Shown one piece after another: positions 16,755 to 27,181 of a stretch of DNA of 64,000 nt. The stretch comes from Bacilli bacterium (lineage in GTDB: Bacteria > Bacillota_I > Bacilli_A > RF39 > UBA660). The notes under the pieces were generated by a model. That model was not told where the DNA came from. It did no database searches and saw nothing but the letters and a program-made list of their open reading frames with translations. Position numbers and translations under genes: made by a program. The stretch covers positions 29,860 through 93,859 of the forward strand of contig JAGAWU010000025.1 of the NCBI GenBank assembly GCA_017941235.1, written 5' to 3'. Position 1 is the stretch's first letter, and the number at the start of each line of letters is the position of its first letter.

Positions 16755-17596
16755 TGAGTCAAAAAAGTTATAATGGGAGTCCAACTCTTTATTTTATTCC
16801 AACTCCAATAGGTAATTTAGAAGATATTACAATAAGGGCAATAAATACATTGAAGATGGTTGATTTTATATTATGTGAAGATACTAGGGTAACTAGTATT
16901 TTACTTAATAAATATGAAATTAAAAAGTCTTTAGTTAGATGTGATGAATATTCTCAAAATAAACTTAAAGAACAAATTATTCAATCTTTATCTGATGGGA
17001 AGAATATTGGATTTGTAAGCGATGCAGGTAGTCCGATAGTAAGTGATCCTGGTTACATAGTAGCAAAATATGTTATAGATGCAGGATATAATGTTGTAGC
17101 TTTGCCTGGTTCTACTGCTTTTGTTCCTGCTTTATCGGTTTCTGGAATTAATCCTTCTCCTTTTATTTTCTATGGTTTTTTAAGTGATAAAGTTTCTAAA
17201 CAAAAAAAAGAGCTTGAATTATTAAAAAGTAAAACAGAAACTCTTATTTTTTATGTATCAGTGCATGATGTTAAATCAACTTTGAATTCATTTTATGAAA
17301 TCTTAGGTGATAGAAAAATTGCTATTTGTAGAGAACTAACAAAAATTCATGAGGAAATTATAAGAGGAACAATTAGGGAATGTCTTAATGATTTATCTAG
17401 CTTGAAAGGTGAATTTGTTATTATTGTTGAGGGAAATACTGAAATAACAGATTTTAGTAATATTACTATTGAAGAGCATGTTAATATTTTTATTGAGGAT
17501 GGTATGTCTAAGATGGATGCAATAAAGAAAGTTGCTAAAGAGCGAGGAGTGTCAAAATCAATAGTTTATAATGAATATAATAAAATTAATAAGTAA
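16754..17596 (+). CDS. rsmI: 16S rRNA (cytidine1402-2'-O)-methyltransferase
   Basis: 280 aa. TLYFIPTPIGNLEDIT.RA...L......CEDTR and SDAG.P..SDPG are typical of RsmI. Confidence 0.92.
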   Translation: MSQKSYNGSPTLYFIPTPIGNLEDITIRAINTLKMVDFILCEDTRVTSILLNKYEIKKSLVRCDEYSQNKLKEQIIQSLSDGKNIGFVSDAGSPIVSDPGYIVAKYVIDAGYNVVALPGSTAFVPALSVSGINPSPFIFYGFLSDKVSKQKKELELLKSKTETLIFYVSVHDVKSTLNSFYEILGDRKIAICRELTKIHEEIIRGTIRECLNDLSSLKGEFVIIVEGNTEITDFSNITIEEHVNIFIEDGMSKMDAIKKVAKERGVSKSIVYNEYNKINK

Positions 17597-17611
17597 TGGA
17601 TGTGATATTTT

Positions 17612-18169
17612 ATGAAATTAATTGTTGGACTTGGTAATCCAGGTAAGGAATATGAAAATACTAGGCATAATATAGGGTTTTATATGCTTGATTCATATTT
17701 AGGTAGTAATATTGATTGGAAAAGTAAATTTGATGGTTTATATCATCAAACTGTTATTAATGGAGAAAAGGTTTTGTTTTTGAAGCCATATAAGTTTATT
17801 AATTTATCAGGTGAAGTAGTCAGAAAATATGTAGATTTTTTTAAAGTGGATATTGCTGATATTTTGATTATTCATGATGATTTAGATTTACAAGTTGGTA
17901 CTTATAGATTACGTCAATCTGGTAGAAGTGCTGGCCATAATGGACTTAAGAATATTGAATGTCATTTGGGTACACAAAATTATAAGAGATTAAAAATAGG
18001 GATATCTAATAATAAATCAATAGATACTAAAGATTATGTGTTAGGTAGAATTAATAGTGAAGATATCAATGTTTTTAATAGTGTTAGTAAAATAGTAAAT
18101 AATATAATTGAAGATTTTCTTTGCTATGATTTTTCTTTATTAATGAATAGATATAATCATAAAAATTAG
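17612..18169 (+). CDS. pth: peptidyl-tRNA hydrolase
   Basis: 185 aa. Motifs: MKLIVGLGNPG.EYENTRHNIGF, HDDLDL..G, GHNGLK. Confidence 0.95.
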   Translation: MKLIVGLGNPGKEYENTRHNIGFYMLDSYLGSNIDWKSKFDGLYHQTVINGEKVLFLKPYKFINLSGEVVRKYVDFFKVDIADILIIHDDLDLQVGTYRLRQSGRSAGHNGLKNIECHLGTQNYKRLKIGISNNKSIDTKDYVLGRINSEDINVFNSVSKIVNNIIEDFLCYDFSLLMNRYNHKN

Positions 18170-18177
18170 GAGATTTT

Positions 18178-21100
18178 ATGAATATTTTAAATGAATTAGT
18201 TAAAATTGAAAAAATTAATGATGTTAAGATAACTGGTTTTAATAACGAGTCTTTTTCTGTTTATTTAAATAATTTATTTCATCAATATAATAGAAATATA
18301 GTTGTTGTAACTAATTCATTATATGAAGCTAATAAAATATATTCAAGTTTGATTAATTATAATTCTTCAGTTTATTTATTTCCCATGGATGATTTTTTAA
18401 CAAGTGAGGCAATTGCAATTAGTCCAGATCTACTTATTAATCGAATGGAAACTTTAAAAGAATGTTCAAATAGTGGTAATAAAATTATTATTACAAATTT
18501 AATGGGATATTTACGCTTTTTACCTTCAAAAGAAAAGTATTTTGAAAGTATTTTAAATATACATGTTGGTATGAGTATTGAACCATTTGAACTATATAGT
18601 AGACTTGTTAAAATAGGATATAAACCAGAGACTTTTGTAACAAAAACTGGAGAAGTTGGTTTAAGAGGATTTGTAATAGATTTTTTTGCACTTGGTGAAG
18701 AAAATCCTTGTAGGATAGAGTTTTTTGGAGATGAAGTTGAATCAATACGATATTTTGATTCTTATACACAAAAATCCACAAAAAAAGTGGATAAAATTAC
18801 AGTGTACCCTTTTTCAGAGTTTTTAGTGGATAAAAATTTTGAAGAAGAAGTAAGTACTAAACAAAAATATTTACCATTATACTCTGATAGTATTTCTTCT
18901 GTTTCAAAGTATTTAGATAACTGTATTGGCATTTATTGTAATTATAATCAATTGAAGCTTTCATACGAGAAAATTATTGAAGAAGCTTTATACTATAATA
19001 AGACTAAAGATGGTGCTTTTAATGGACATTATATGAATGATTTTAATGATATTTGTTTTAATGATACTATATATTATTCTGATGTTGATAATTTAACTTC
19101 TAATGAAAAAGTTACTTGTGTTGATTACAATTTCAGACAATTGGATTCATTTAATGAAAATGTTGATTTAATTAATTCATATATTAATAGTTCTTTACAG
19201 GATGGTAAAACTGTAATTTTAGCGCTTAAAGAGAGATTGATTGCTAATTTAAAGAAAAAAATATCCACAAAATTTGTGGAAAGTTCTATTTCTGATATAA
19301 AAATTGGATGTTTAAATTTGGTTAATTTTGATGCAAATGAGGGATTTATATATAAAGATATTATATTTATTACTGCTAGGGAGTTATTTAAAGAAAAAAT
19401 TAATAAGAAAAAGTATAAAACAAAATTCAAATATGCATCTAAAATTAATGATATTAATAAACTTAATATAGGTGATTATGTAGTACATAATATACATGGT
19501 ATTGGTATATATAATGGTATTAAGAAAATTACTTTTGATAATGTTGAAAAGGATTATGTGGAGGTTTTATATCAAGGAAAAGATAAAGTTTTTATACCCG
19601 TTGAGAAAATAGATAATTTAAATAAGTTTTCTGGTAAAGAAGGTATTGTTCCTAAAATAAATAAGTTGGGAGGAACTGAGTGGCAGAAAACAAAAAATAG
19701 AGTTAATAAGAGAATTTGTGATATGGCAGAAGAGTTGATTAAACTTTATTCTGAACGTGAAAGCAGATTAGGGTTTTCATTTTCAAAAGATAATGAATTA
19801 CAACGAGATTTTGAAAGTGATTTTCCTTATCAATTAACTATTGATCAAAAAAAGGCAATAGACCAAATTAAAATGGATATGGAATCAAGACAACCTATGG
19901 ATAGATTATTATGTGGTGATGTGGGGTTTGGTAAGACTGAAGTTGCTTTCGTAGCTGCATTTAAGGCAATAAATGATTCTAAGCAAGTATTATTATTATG
20001 CCCTACTACTATTTTATCTAATCAACATTATACTAGTGCTAAGGAGAGATTCAAGAATTATCCTGTTTCAATAGCACTTCTTAATAGATTTACTACTATT
20101 TCAGAGAAAAATAGAATTATTAAAGGTTTAAGTGATGGTACCATTGATATGGTGATTGGTACACATAGATTACTTAGCGATGATATAAAGCCTTATGACT
20201 TAGGTCTTTTAATAATTGATGAGGAACAAAGATTTGGAGTTAAGCATAAAGAAAAAATTAAACAGTATAAAACTAATGTTGATGTTTTAACATTAACTGC
20301 CACGCCTATACCTAGAACACTTCAAATGTCAATGACAGGAATTAGAAGTCTTTCATTAATAGAAACACCACCAAGTGATAGATATCCTGTTCAGACTTAT
20401 GTTATAGAAGAAAATGATCAAATTATTAAGGATGCTGTATATAAAGAATTATCTAGAGGTGGTCAAGTTTTTATTCTTTATAATAGGGTTGAAGACATTG
20501 AATTGAAAATGCTAAATATAGGTAGATTGGTTCCTGATGCTAAAATAGATTTTGCTCATGGACAAATGAATAAGAATGATTTAGAAGATAAAATGCTTAG
20601 TTTTATAAATCATGAGTTTGATGTTCTTGTTTGTACAACTATTATTGAAACAGGTATAGATATTCCTAATGTTAATACATTAATTATATTAGATGCTGAT
20701 AGATTTGGACTTAGTCAATTATACCAAATTAGAGGTAGGGTTGGTAGAAGTAATAAATTTGCATATGCTTATTTAATGTACTCTCCTTCTAAGGTTTTAA
20801 CAGAAACAGCAGTAAAAAGGCTTAATGTTATAAAAGAGTTTACTGAGTTAGGTAGTGGTTTTTCTATAGCGACACGTGATCTTTCAATAAGGGGAGCTGG
20901 AGATATATTAGGAAGTGAGCAGGCTGGATTTATAGATACTGTTGGTATAGATTTATATTTAAAAATGCTCAATGATGAGGTTGCTAGGAGAAAAGGTGAA
21001 GTTGTAAAAGAAGAAGAAGAAATTGAAAGCAAGCCATATATAAATGTTACAACACATATAAAAGATTCATATGTAAAGGACGAGCATTTAAAGATAGAAA

Positions 21101-21480
21101 TACATAGACTTATTAATACTATTGATTCTTATCAAAAATATCAAGAAATTAAAAATGAACTTGAGGATAGATTTGGTTCTATTGATGAAGATATGATTAT
21201 ATATATGCATGAGGAATGGTTTGAAAAATTGACTAAGAGACTTCAAGTAAAAAATATTAGACAAACTAGAAATTCAATTGAAATATTATTTGATAAGAGT
21301 ATACTTGAATATATTAGTATAGATGATTTATTTGTTAAATCCTTTTCCATTACAAAGATGTTTAGATTCCAACAGAGAGGAGAAAATCTGTTAATCATTT
21401 TGGATATTATAAAACTTGAAAAGCATCCTATTTATTATTTAGTTGATTTATTTGAAATGATATTAAAAAATAAATCTTGA
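18178..21480 (+). CDS. mfd: transcription-repair coupling factor
   Basis: 1100 aa. It has a CarD-like domain (GDYVVHNIHGIG.Y), helicase motifs GDVGFGKTEVA, DEEQRFGV and QLYQIRGRVGRS, and a TRG motif. Confidence 0.96.
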   Translation: MNILNELVKIEKINDVKITGFNNESFSVYLNNLFHQYNRNIVVVTNSLYEANKIYSSLINYNSSVYLFPMDDFLTSEAIAISPDLLINRMETLKECSNSGNKIIITNLMGYLRFLPSKEKYFESILNIHVGMSIEPFELYSRLVKIGYKPETFVTKTGEVGLRGFVIDFFALGEENPCRIEFFGDEVESIRYFDSYTQKSTKKVDKITVYPFSEFLVDKNFEEEVSTKQKYLPLYSDSISSVSKYLDNCIGIYCNYNQLKLSYEKIIEEALYYNKTKDGAFNGHYMNDFNDICFNDTIYYSDVDNLTSNEKVTCVDYNFRQLDSFNENVDLINSYINSSLQDGKTVILALKERLIANLKKKISTKFVESSISDIKIGCLNLVNFDANEGFIYKDIIFITARELFKEKINKKKYKTKFKYASKINDINKLNIGDYVVHNIHGIGIYNGIKKITFDNVEKDYVEVLYQGKDKVFIPVEKIDNLNKFSGKEGIVPKINKLGGTEWQKTKNRVNKRICDMAEELIKLYSERESRLGFSFSKDNELQRDFESDFPYQLTIDQKKAIDQIKMDMESRQPMDRLLCGDVGFGKTEVAFVAAFKAINDSKQVLLLCPTTILSNQHYTSAKERFKNYPVSIALLNRFTTISEKNRIIKGLSDGTIDMVIGTHRLLSDDIKPYDLGLLIIDEEQRFGVKHKEKIKQYKTNVDVLTLTATPIPRTLQMSMTGIRSLSLIETPPSDRYPVQTYVIEENDQIIKDAVYKELSRGGQVFILYNRVEDIELKMLNIGRLVPDAKIDFAHGQMNKNDLEDKMLSFINHEFDVLVCTTIIETGIDIPNVNTLIILDADRFGLSQLYQIRGRVGRSNKFAYAYLMYSPSKVLTETAVKRLNVIKEFTELGSGFSIATRDLSIRGAGDILGSEQAGFIDTVGIDLYLKMLNDEVARRKGEVVKEEEEIESKPYINVTTHIKDSYVKDEHLKIEIHRLINTIDSYQKYQEIKNELEDRFGSIDEDMIIYMHEEWFEKLTKRLQVKNIRQTRNSIEILFDKSILEYISIDDLFVKSFSITKMFRFQQRGENLLIILDIIKLEKHPIYYLVDLFEMILKNKS

Positions 21481-21530
21481 CTTTAAATAATAAATTAAGT
21501 ATTCTTTTAATGATAGATAGGAGGTAAGTT

Positions 21531-22178
21531 ATGAATGAATTAGAATTATTACAAAAGCAACATTATGAAAATTATGTTAATGCAATAAAAGAAATAGTTA
21601 TTAATAACACTAATTCTTTGGTAGATAGTGATATTAATTCACTTCTAAGTAAACCACCTTTAGATTCTATGGATCAGATTAAGACAAAAATATTAGGACT
21701 TGCTAAGAAAGAGAAGATTGTTTTAGATACAGAGTTACTTAATAAAATTTTAGATAATTATAGAAAAAATGTTTTAAAAACAATGAATGAAATAAAAAAA
21801 ATGAGAAGTGATTATATTTTAAAGATAGTAGATTCAAGTCTATCATATTCATCATCTAATATAATTAAAGTTACTAAGAAAGATATGATTCAACTTCAAA
21901 AATTGGAAAAAAAATATATCAAGCAGCAAGTAGATGATTGTGTTAATAGGTATTTATTAAAAAAAATGGAGAAACTCTTTTCAATATCTGAAGATTTTTT
22001 TCAAAGAAATGAGAAAGAGATTAATAAGTTTTTTTCAATTAAGGGTATATATCAAAAACAATTATTAGAGAGTATTGATTTTAAAATATTAGTTAAAGAT
22101 ACTATCTTAATTAATGGTATAAAGGAACAGGGCGAAAGATATTTATTTACTATAAATAATTCTCGATTATTTAATTAA
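21531..22178 (+). CDS. hypothetical protein
   Basis: 215-aa ORF with SD taggaggt. It is helical and K/E/L-rich, and I recognise no family. Confidence 0.5.
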   Translation: MNELELLQKQHYENYVNAIKEIVINNTNSLVDSDINSLLSKPPLDSMDQIKTKILGLAKKEKIVLDTELLNKILDNYRKNVLKTMNEIKKMRSDYILKIVDSSLSYSSSNIIKVTKKDMIQLQKLEKKYIKQQVDDCVNRYLLKKMEKLFSISEDFFQRNEKEINKFFSIKGIYQKQLLESIDFKILVKDTILINGIKEQGERYLFTINNSRLFN

Positions 22179-22329
22179 AGTATCTTTGCTCTTTTTTTTT
22201 GCAAGAAAGTTTACTATATGGAAATATTTACCAAGGAAATTATTGGAAATTAACATTATAATATTATTGAGAATTAAATGTATAAAAAAAAATTAAATGT
22301 TAAAAATAAGTTTAAAGGAGAGAATATGT

Positions 22330-22857
22330 ATGAAATCAACTGGTGTAGTAAGAAGAATCGATGATTTAGGTAGGATTGTTATTCCTAAAGAAATACGTAG
22401 AAGTTTAAGAATACATGATGGTGAATCAATGGAAATTTTTGTTGATAATGAGTTAATAGCTTTAAAAAAATATTCATCTCTAGATGAACTAGTTAATTTA
22501 TCTATTTTATTAGTTGATGTTATTTATAATGATATAAAAAAAGAGGTATTAATAACTGATATGGATAAAGTTATTGCCTATTCTGGTAAAGATAAGAAGA
22601 AGTATCTTTCAAGTTGTATTTCTCAAAATTTAGTGCAAATGATAAATGAAAGAATGAGTATAAAGATATCAAAAAAGGATGTAGAATTGATAGATGGAAT
22701 ATCATATAATTCAGGATTTATAATATATCCAATTATTGCTAATGGTGATGCATGTGGGTCTGTTGTTGTATTATGTGGTGATACTGAAATAAATGAAGAA
22801 GATGAGAGATTAGTAAAATTTGTAGCTGATTTTTTAGGAAAACATATTGAACAATAA
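22330..22857 (+). CDS. spoVT: stage V sporulation transcription regulator SpoVT (AbrB-type N-domain plus C-terminal sensor domain)
   Basis: MKSTGVVRRIDDLGRIVIPKEIRRSLRI.DGE..EIF is the AbrB/SpoVT swapped-hairpin domain. At 175 aa it fits SpoVT rather than the ~95-aa AbrB. ATG 22330 follows SD aggaga. Confidence 0.85.
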   Translation: MKSTGVVRRIDDLGRIVIPKEIRRSLRIHDGESMEIFVDNELIALKKYSSLDELVNLSILLVDVIYNDIKKEVLITDMDKVIAYSGKDKKKYLSSCISQNLVQMINERMSIKISKKDVELIDGISYNSGFIIYPIIANGDACGSVVVLCGDTEINEEDERLVKFVADFLGKHIEQ

Positions 22858-22879
22858 TAATTTTTGTGTTATACTCTAG

Positions 22880-23102
22880 CTGTTTAAAGGCATTGATGAA
22901 GAGTTTTTATTAATTTTGATTTAGAGAGATTCCGGTTGGTGAAAGGAATTGAGAGTTATTAAAAATATGGCTTCTGAGCTAATTTATCGATATGTAGGTA
23001 TTTTCGTTTAATAGGCGTTAACTATTTGAGTGTATAATAATAACTATTATAAAATAAGGTGGTACCGCGATTTTTCGTCCTTATGCTATAATAGTTTTTT
23101 TG
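22880..23102 (+). promoter_or_regulatory. T-box leader riboswitch (Met specifier) controlling metG
   Basis: It has an AGAGAG box (22923-22928) and the distal-loop-like CCGGTTGGTGAAAGG. A candidate specifier AUG at 22967-22969 is followed by a purine. The T-box motif AAGGTGGTACCGCG lies at 23056-23069. The terminator pairs aactattat (23042-23050) with ataatagtt (23088-23096), then a T-run. Confidence 0.8.
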
Positions 23103-23116
23103 TTAGGAGGGATTTT

Positions 23117-24628
23117 ATGAATAAATATTATATAACTACACCAATTTATTATCCAAGTGCAAATTTTCATATCGGACATTGCTACTGTACTATTGTTGCT
23201 GATGCAATTGCTAGGTATAAAAGAATGAAAGGATTTGATGTCTTTTTTCAAACAGGTACTGATGAACATGGACAAAAAATTCAAAAGAAAGCTGAAGAGG
23301 TTGGGAAGACACCAAAGCAATATGTTGATGAAATTGTTGCTGATGCACAAGATTTATGGAAAACTTTAAATATTAGTTATGATAATTTTATTAGAACTAC
23401 TGATAAAAAACATATTGAATGTGTGCAAAAAATATTTAAAAAATTATATGATCAAGGTGATATTTATAAGGGAGAGTACAAAGGATTATATTGTACACCA
23501 TGTGAATCATTTTGGACTGAAAGTCAATTAGTTGATGGGAAATGCCCTGATTGTGGAAGAGATGTATATGAAGTTAGTGAAGAAGCATATTTCTTTAAAT
23601 TGTCTAAATATCAAGATAGACTTGTAAAATACTATGATGAACATCCAGAGTTTATTGAGCCTATTTCAAGAAAAAATGAAATGTTAAATAATTTTATTAA
23701 ACCTGGTCTTGAAGATTTATGTGTTTCTAGAACTAGTTTTGATTGGGGAATTCCTGTAACTTTTGATGAAAATCATGTTGTTTATGTATGGCTTGATGCA
23801 TTAACTAATTATATAAGTAGCCTTGGTTATTTATCTGATGATGATTCATTAATGAAAAAGTATTGGCCTGCAGATATTCATATTGTAGGAAAAGAAATTG
23901 TTAGATTCCATACTATTATTTGGCCAATTATCTTAATGGCTTTAGATTTAGAATTGCCTACTAAAGTATTTGGACATGGTTGGTTGATAGTTAATGGTGG
24001 TAAAATTTCAAAATCTTTGGGAAATTATAAAGATCCTAGAGAATATATAGATTCATATGGTGTTGATGCTGTTAGATATTTTGCTTTAAGGGAAGTTCCT
24101 TTTGGAAGTGATGGTAATTTCTCTGAAGAATCTTTAATTGCTAGAATTAATGGTGATTTGGCTAATATTTTAGGTAATTTAGTTCAAAGAACTATTTCAA
24201 TGGGACATAAGTATTTTGATGGAAAAATTGAAAATAGAAATATAGAAGATGAATTATCTGGTAATTTTATAGATGAAATTAATAAACTAGATTCTTTAGT
24301 TTCTGAAAAAATGGAAAAATTGGAGATTAATTTAGCTCTTGAAGAAATATTCAATTTATTAAGAGCAAGTAATAAGTATATTGATGAAACTACTCCTTGG
24401 ATTTTGGCTAAGAATGAAGATAATAGGGATAAGTTGGAGACTGTTTTATATAATTTATTAGAATCTATTAGAGTTAGTGCTTTATTATTAAGACCATTCT
24501 TACCTGATACAAGTAAAGCAATAATTAGTCAATTGAATACTCAAAGTGAAGAATTAAGCTATATTGGAACTAATTCTTATAATTTGAATAATCCTGAAAT
24601 TTTATTTAAAAGAATTGATGTAAAATAG
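23117..24628 (+). CDS. metG: methionine--tRNA ligase (short form, no C-terminal tRNA-binding domain)
   Basis: HIGH motif is [12 protein letters not shown], with a zinc knuckle CPDCG and KISKS. ATG 23117 follows SD aggagg (23105-23110). The ORF-track start at 23030 lies inside the T-box. Confidence 0.96.
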   Translation: MNKYYITTPIYYPSANFHIGHCYCTIVADAIARYKRMKGFDVFFQTGTDEHGQKIQKKAEEVGKTPKQYVDEIVADAQDLWKTLNISYDNFIRTTDKKHIECVQKIFKKLYDQGDIYKGEYKGLYCTPCESFWTESQLVDGKCPDCGRDVYEVSEEAYFFKLSKYQDRLVKYYDEHPEFIEPISRKNEMLNNFIKPGLEDLCVSRTSFDWGIPVTFDENHVVYVWLDALTNYISSLGYLSDDDSLMKKYWPADIHIVGKEIVRFHTIIWPIILMALDLELPTKVFGHGWLIVNGGKISKSLGNYKDPREYIDSYGVDAVRYFALREVPFGSDGNFSEESLIARINGDLANILGNLVQRTISMGHKYFDGKIENRNIEDELSGNFIDEINKLDSLVSEKMEKLEINLALEEIFNLLRASNKYIDETTPWILAKNEDNRDKLETVLYNLLESIRVSALLLRPFLPDTSKAIISQLNTQSEELSYIGTNSYNLNNPEILFKRIDVK

Positions 24629-24645
24629 TTTGTAAAGTTTTAATA

Positions 24646-24675
24646 AAACTAAGAATTTTTATTTCTTAGTTTTTT
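24646..24675 (+). terminator. rho-independent terminator after metG
   Basis: aaactaagaa (24646-24655) pairs with ttcttagttt (24663-24672), then a T-run. Confidence 0.7.
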
Positions 24676-24733
24676 ACTTTTATGTTATATTTGGTAGGTA
24701 GTGAGTTTATAAAATAATTATTAAGGAGAATTT

Positions 24734-24889
24734 ATGTCAAAAAAAATTAAAATGTTAGTTTTTAATCAAATGGCAGTATATTTGTTTTTAGTGTTATTTT
24801 TATTTATACTTATTTTTATGGAGTTTAGTGTTTTAAATATTATTTATTTAGTTTTATTATTTTTTTATTTAGGAAGTTTTATTAAGTAG
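24734..24889 (+). CDS. possible 51-aa hydrophobic membrane peptide
   Basis: SD aaggag lies 6 nt before the ATG. It translates to MSKKIKMLVFNQMAVYLFLVLFLFILIFMEFSVLNIIYLVLLFFYLGSFIK*. It is below the ORF-track size cutoff, and AT-rich DNA readily yields such frames by chance. Confidence 0.3.
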   Translation: MSKKIKMLVFNQMAVYLFLVLFLFILIFMEFSVLNIIYLVLLFFYLGSFIK

Positions 24890-24900
24890 TGGGGGATTAT

Positions 24901-25656
24901 ATGTTTATAGATACACATTGTCATTTAGAAAAAGAGTTTTATGATGATATAGATGAGGTTGTTTCTAATAATAAAAAGGTTGGTATGTCTAAAATGATAG
25001 TTTCTGGGTGTACTAAAGATGAAATTAACGAGGTAATAGAGTATTCACAAAAATATGAAGAAGTTTTTTTAACGATTGGATTTCATCCTGAGGTTGCTAA
25101 TAATGTTACGGATTTAGATTTAAAATGGCTTGAAAATCTTATTATTACTAATAAGAAAATTGTTGGTATAGGTGAGATTGGTTTAGATTATCATTATGAT
25201 GGTTATGATAAGAATATTCAAATTAAAGTTTTTGAAGAACAATTAAAAATAGCTGAAAGGCTTAAATTACCTGTAGTTATTCATTCTAGGGATGCAACTA
25301 TGGATACAATAAACACATTAAAAAAGTATTCAGTTAAAGGCGATATACATTGTTTTTCTGGAAGTTTAGAAACAGCAAAAATATATATAAATATGGGGTT
25401 TTATTTAGGTATAGGTGGAGTAGTTACGTTTAAAAATAGTAAACTTGGGGATGTAGTTAGCAAAATACCGCTTTCTAGTATCTTACTTGAGACGGATAGC
25501 CCTTATTTAACACCAACACCTTTTAGAGGTGAACTTAATAGTTCAAAATACATTCCATTAATAGCTGAAAAAATTGCTATGAATTTAAATGTTTCTATTA
25601 ATACTGTGTATGAGCAAACTACAAAAAACGCATTAGAATTATTTAACATTAAATAG
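24901..25656 (+). CDS. tatD: TatD-family metal-dependent DNase/hydrolase
   Basis: Motifs: MFIDTHCHL, GEIGLDY, VVIHSRDA, ETDSPYL. ATG 24901 is preferred over GTG 24889. Confidence 0.93.
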   Translation: MFIDTHCHLEKEFYDDIDEVVSNNKKVGMSKMIVSGCTKDEINEVIEYSQKYEEVFLTIGFHPEVANNVTDLDLKWLENLIITNKKIVGIGEIGLDYHYDGYDKNIQIKVFEEQLKIAERLKLPVVIHSRDATMDTINTLKKYSVKGDIHCFSGSLETAKIYINMGFYLGIGGVVTFKNSKLGDVVSKIPLSSILLETDSPYLTPTPFRGELNSSKYIPLIAEKIAMNLNVSINTVYEQTTKNALELFNIK

Positions 25657-25734
25657 TTTAATTTTTAGTATTATCATGATATACTATTATTAGATATTTT
25701 ATAAGGAGGATAATAGTTTTACTATTTTATAAAT

Positions 25735-26331
25735 ATGGATAATAAAGTTAAAGATAAAAAACAATTAGTTCTTACTTTTTTTGGAATAATAATTTTTATT
25801 GTTGTTGGTCTAGTTGTTTATTTTTCTTCTAAGTCTTATATTTCTGAGCAAAGTAAGAAAGATAGGAAAATAACTAATACACTTACGTTAAATTATGTAT
25901 CTAAATCTAATAATGTTATTGTATATTCAAAAAAAGTTTTCAATGATCAAGATGGTATGAAATTAAGCGATGAAGAACATGTATTTGATTTTTCTGTATC
26001 ATCCTCTGTTAAGAAAAAAACTGTTTGTAATTATGAAATTATTATTAGTAAGGATTTAAGTTCTACAATACCAGATGATAAAATTAGAATTTATTTACAA
26101 AAATCAAATGATGGTGTTTATTCAAAAACTATTGATTTGTTAGAACCAACATTTTATAAGTTATCTGATAATATAAAATTAACAAATGTAAGAGGTATGC
26201 TTTTGGATAAAGGTAAATTTAAGAAATCAGAAACTATATATTATAGACTTAAGGTTTGGGTTGATTCAACTTATCCTTTAAGTGAAACAGATTTTTATAA
26301 ATTAAAAGTTAATATATATGGTGATGTGTAA
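25735..26331 (+). CDS. hypothetical N-terminally membrane-anchored or secreted protein
   Basis: 198 aa with one N-terminal hydrophobic segment (LVLTFFGIIIFIVVGLVVYF), then a beta-rich-looking domain. I recognise no family. Confidence 0.55.
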   Translation: MDNKVKDKKQLVLTFFGIIIFIVVGLVVYFSSKSYISEQSKKDRKITNTLTLNYVSKSNNVIVYSKKVFNDQDGMKLSDEEHVFDFSVSSSVKKKTVCNYEIIISKDLSSTIPDDKIRIYLQKSNDGVYSKTIDLLEPTFYKLSDNIKLTNVRGMLLDKGKFKKSETIYYRLKVWVDSTYPLSETDFYKLKVNIYGDV

Positions 26332-26352
26332 ATTTTTATAAATAAAATATGT

Positions 26353-26383
26353 AAAGAAGTTGTGTAAAATGACTTCTTTTTTT
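26353..26383 (+). terminator. rho-independent terminator
   Basis: aaagaagt (26353-26360) pairs with acttcttt (26372-26379), then a T-run. Confidence 0.65.
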
Positions 26384-26446
26384 ATGCTAGGTATTTTATT
26401 TTTATAAAAAGCGTATTATGATATATTTAAATAAGGAGGTGGCTAT

Positions 26447-27157
26447 ATGGAAAATACTATTTTGTCAAATAAAGTAGAAAATTTAGAAGAAACACGTAGT
26501 ACTGTTTTGTCAAGTATTGTATATTGTGTAAAGTTTCTGTTAAAAATTGTTATAAATTTTGCTTTGATATGTTTATTTATAGTAACACTTTTAGTCACTT
26601 TGGTCTTTATTGATGATGAAGTTAATAAGCTTAGGGGTATTGATGTTCCTCCTATTTTAAGTACTTATGTAATAGTTAGTCCTAGTATGACTCCTACTAT
26701 TAAGGTTCAAGATGCTGTTTTAGTAATTAGAAGTAATAAATTTAAAAAAGGTGATATTGTAACTTTTAAAACTACAGATCCTAGATATTCTGGCTATACA
26801 ATAACACATAGAATTAATGATGTTATAACTGCTAATAATGGAAAGACAATGTATATAACTAAGGGTGATAATAATTCAATAGTTGATGCTGCTCCTGTAT
26901 TTAAAGATAATATTTATGGTAAGGTTATTTTAAAAATTCCTTATTTAGGTTCAATTAAAAATATTTTCTTTCAACCATTTATTCTATTTATGATTTTATT
27001 AATACCTTCATTAATTTTTGTTATTTATAATATGTTTCTTTATTTAAAAACTTTAAGAAAAGATAGTACTAATAATGAAATTAGTGAGAATTTACTTGAT
27101 AATAATGCCAATTTAAATATAATAGAGAAGAAGGAGGAAGAAATAGAAATCCTTTAA
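26447..27157 (+). CDS. sipW: signal peptidase I, SipW / archaeal-eukaryotic (S26B) type
   Basis: N-terminal TM, then VSPSMTPTI (Ser nucleophile), ITHRI (His) and TKGDNN. It has an extra C-terminal TM, as in SipW. Confidence 0.8.
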   Translation: MENTILSNKVENLEETRSTVLSSIVYCVKFLLKIVINFALICLFIVTLLVTLVFIDDEVNKLRGIDVPPILSTYVIVSPSMTPTIKVQDAVLVIRSNKFKKGDIVTFKTTDPRYSGYTITHRINDVITANNGKTMYITKGDNNSIVDAAPVFKDNIYGKVILKIPYLGSIKNIFFQPFILFMILLIPSLIFVIYNMFLYLKTLRKDSTNNEISENLLDNNANLNIIEKKEEEIEIL

Positions 27158-27181
27158 TACTATTACTTGGTTGGTGATTAT

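Noticed and set aside
18772-19283. Inverted DnaA-box-like pairs inside mfd (AAATCCACA...AGTGGATAA at 18772-18794; ATATCCACA..TGTGGAAAG at 19261-19283)
   Set aside because: Each box has 1-2 mismatches. They lie in coding sequence (the KST K and STKFVE peptides), and such near-matches are expected by chance in 64 kb of AT-rich DNA. They are worth a look only if DnaA ChIP data exist.
22219-22252. Three GGAAAT(A)TT direct repeats upstream of spoVT, the first resembling an NBS right half (GGAAATATTT)
   Set aside because: These are half-sites only, with no CCCGGG core and no dyad symmetry. They could be an operator for an unknown regulator, but nothing recognisable supports that.
23030-23116. N-terminal 29 codons of the ORF-track metG model
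   Set aside because: They overlap the T-box motif and terminator. MetRS homology and SD aggagg define ATG 23117.
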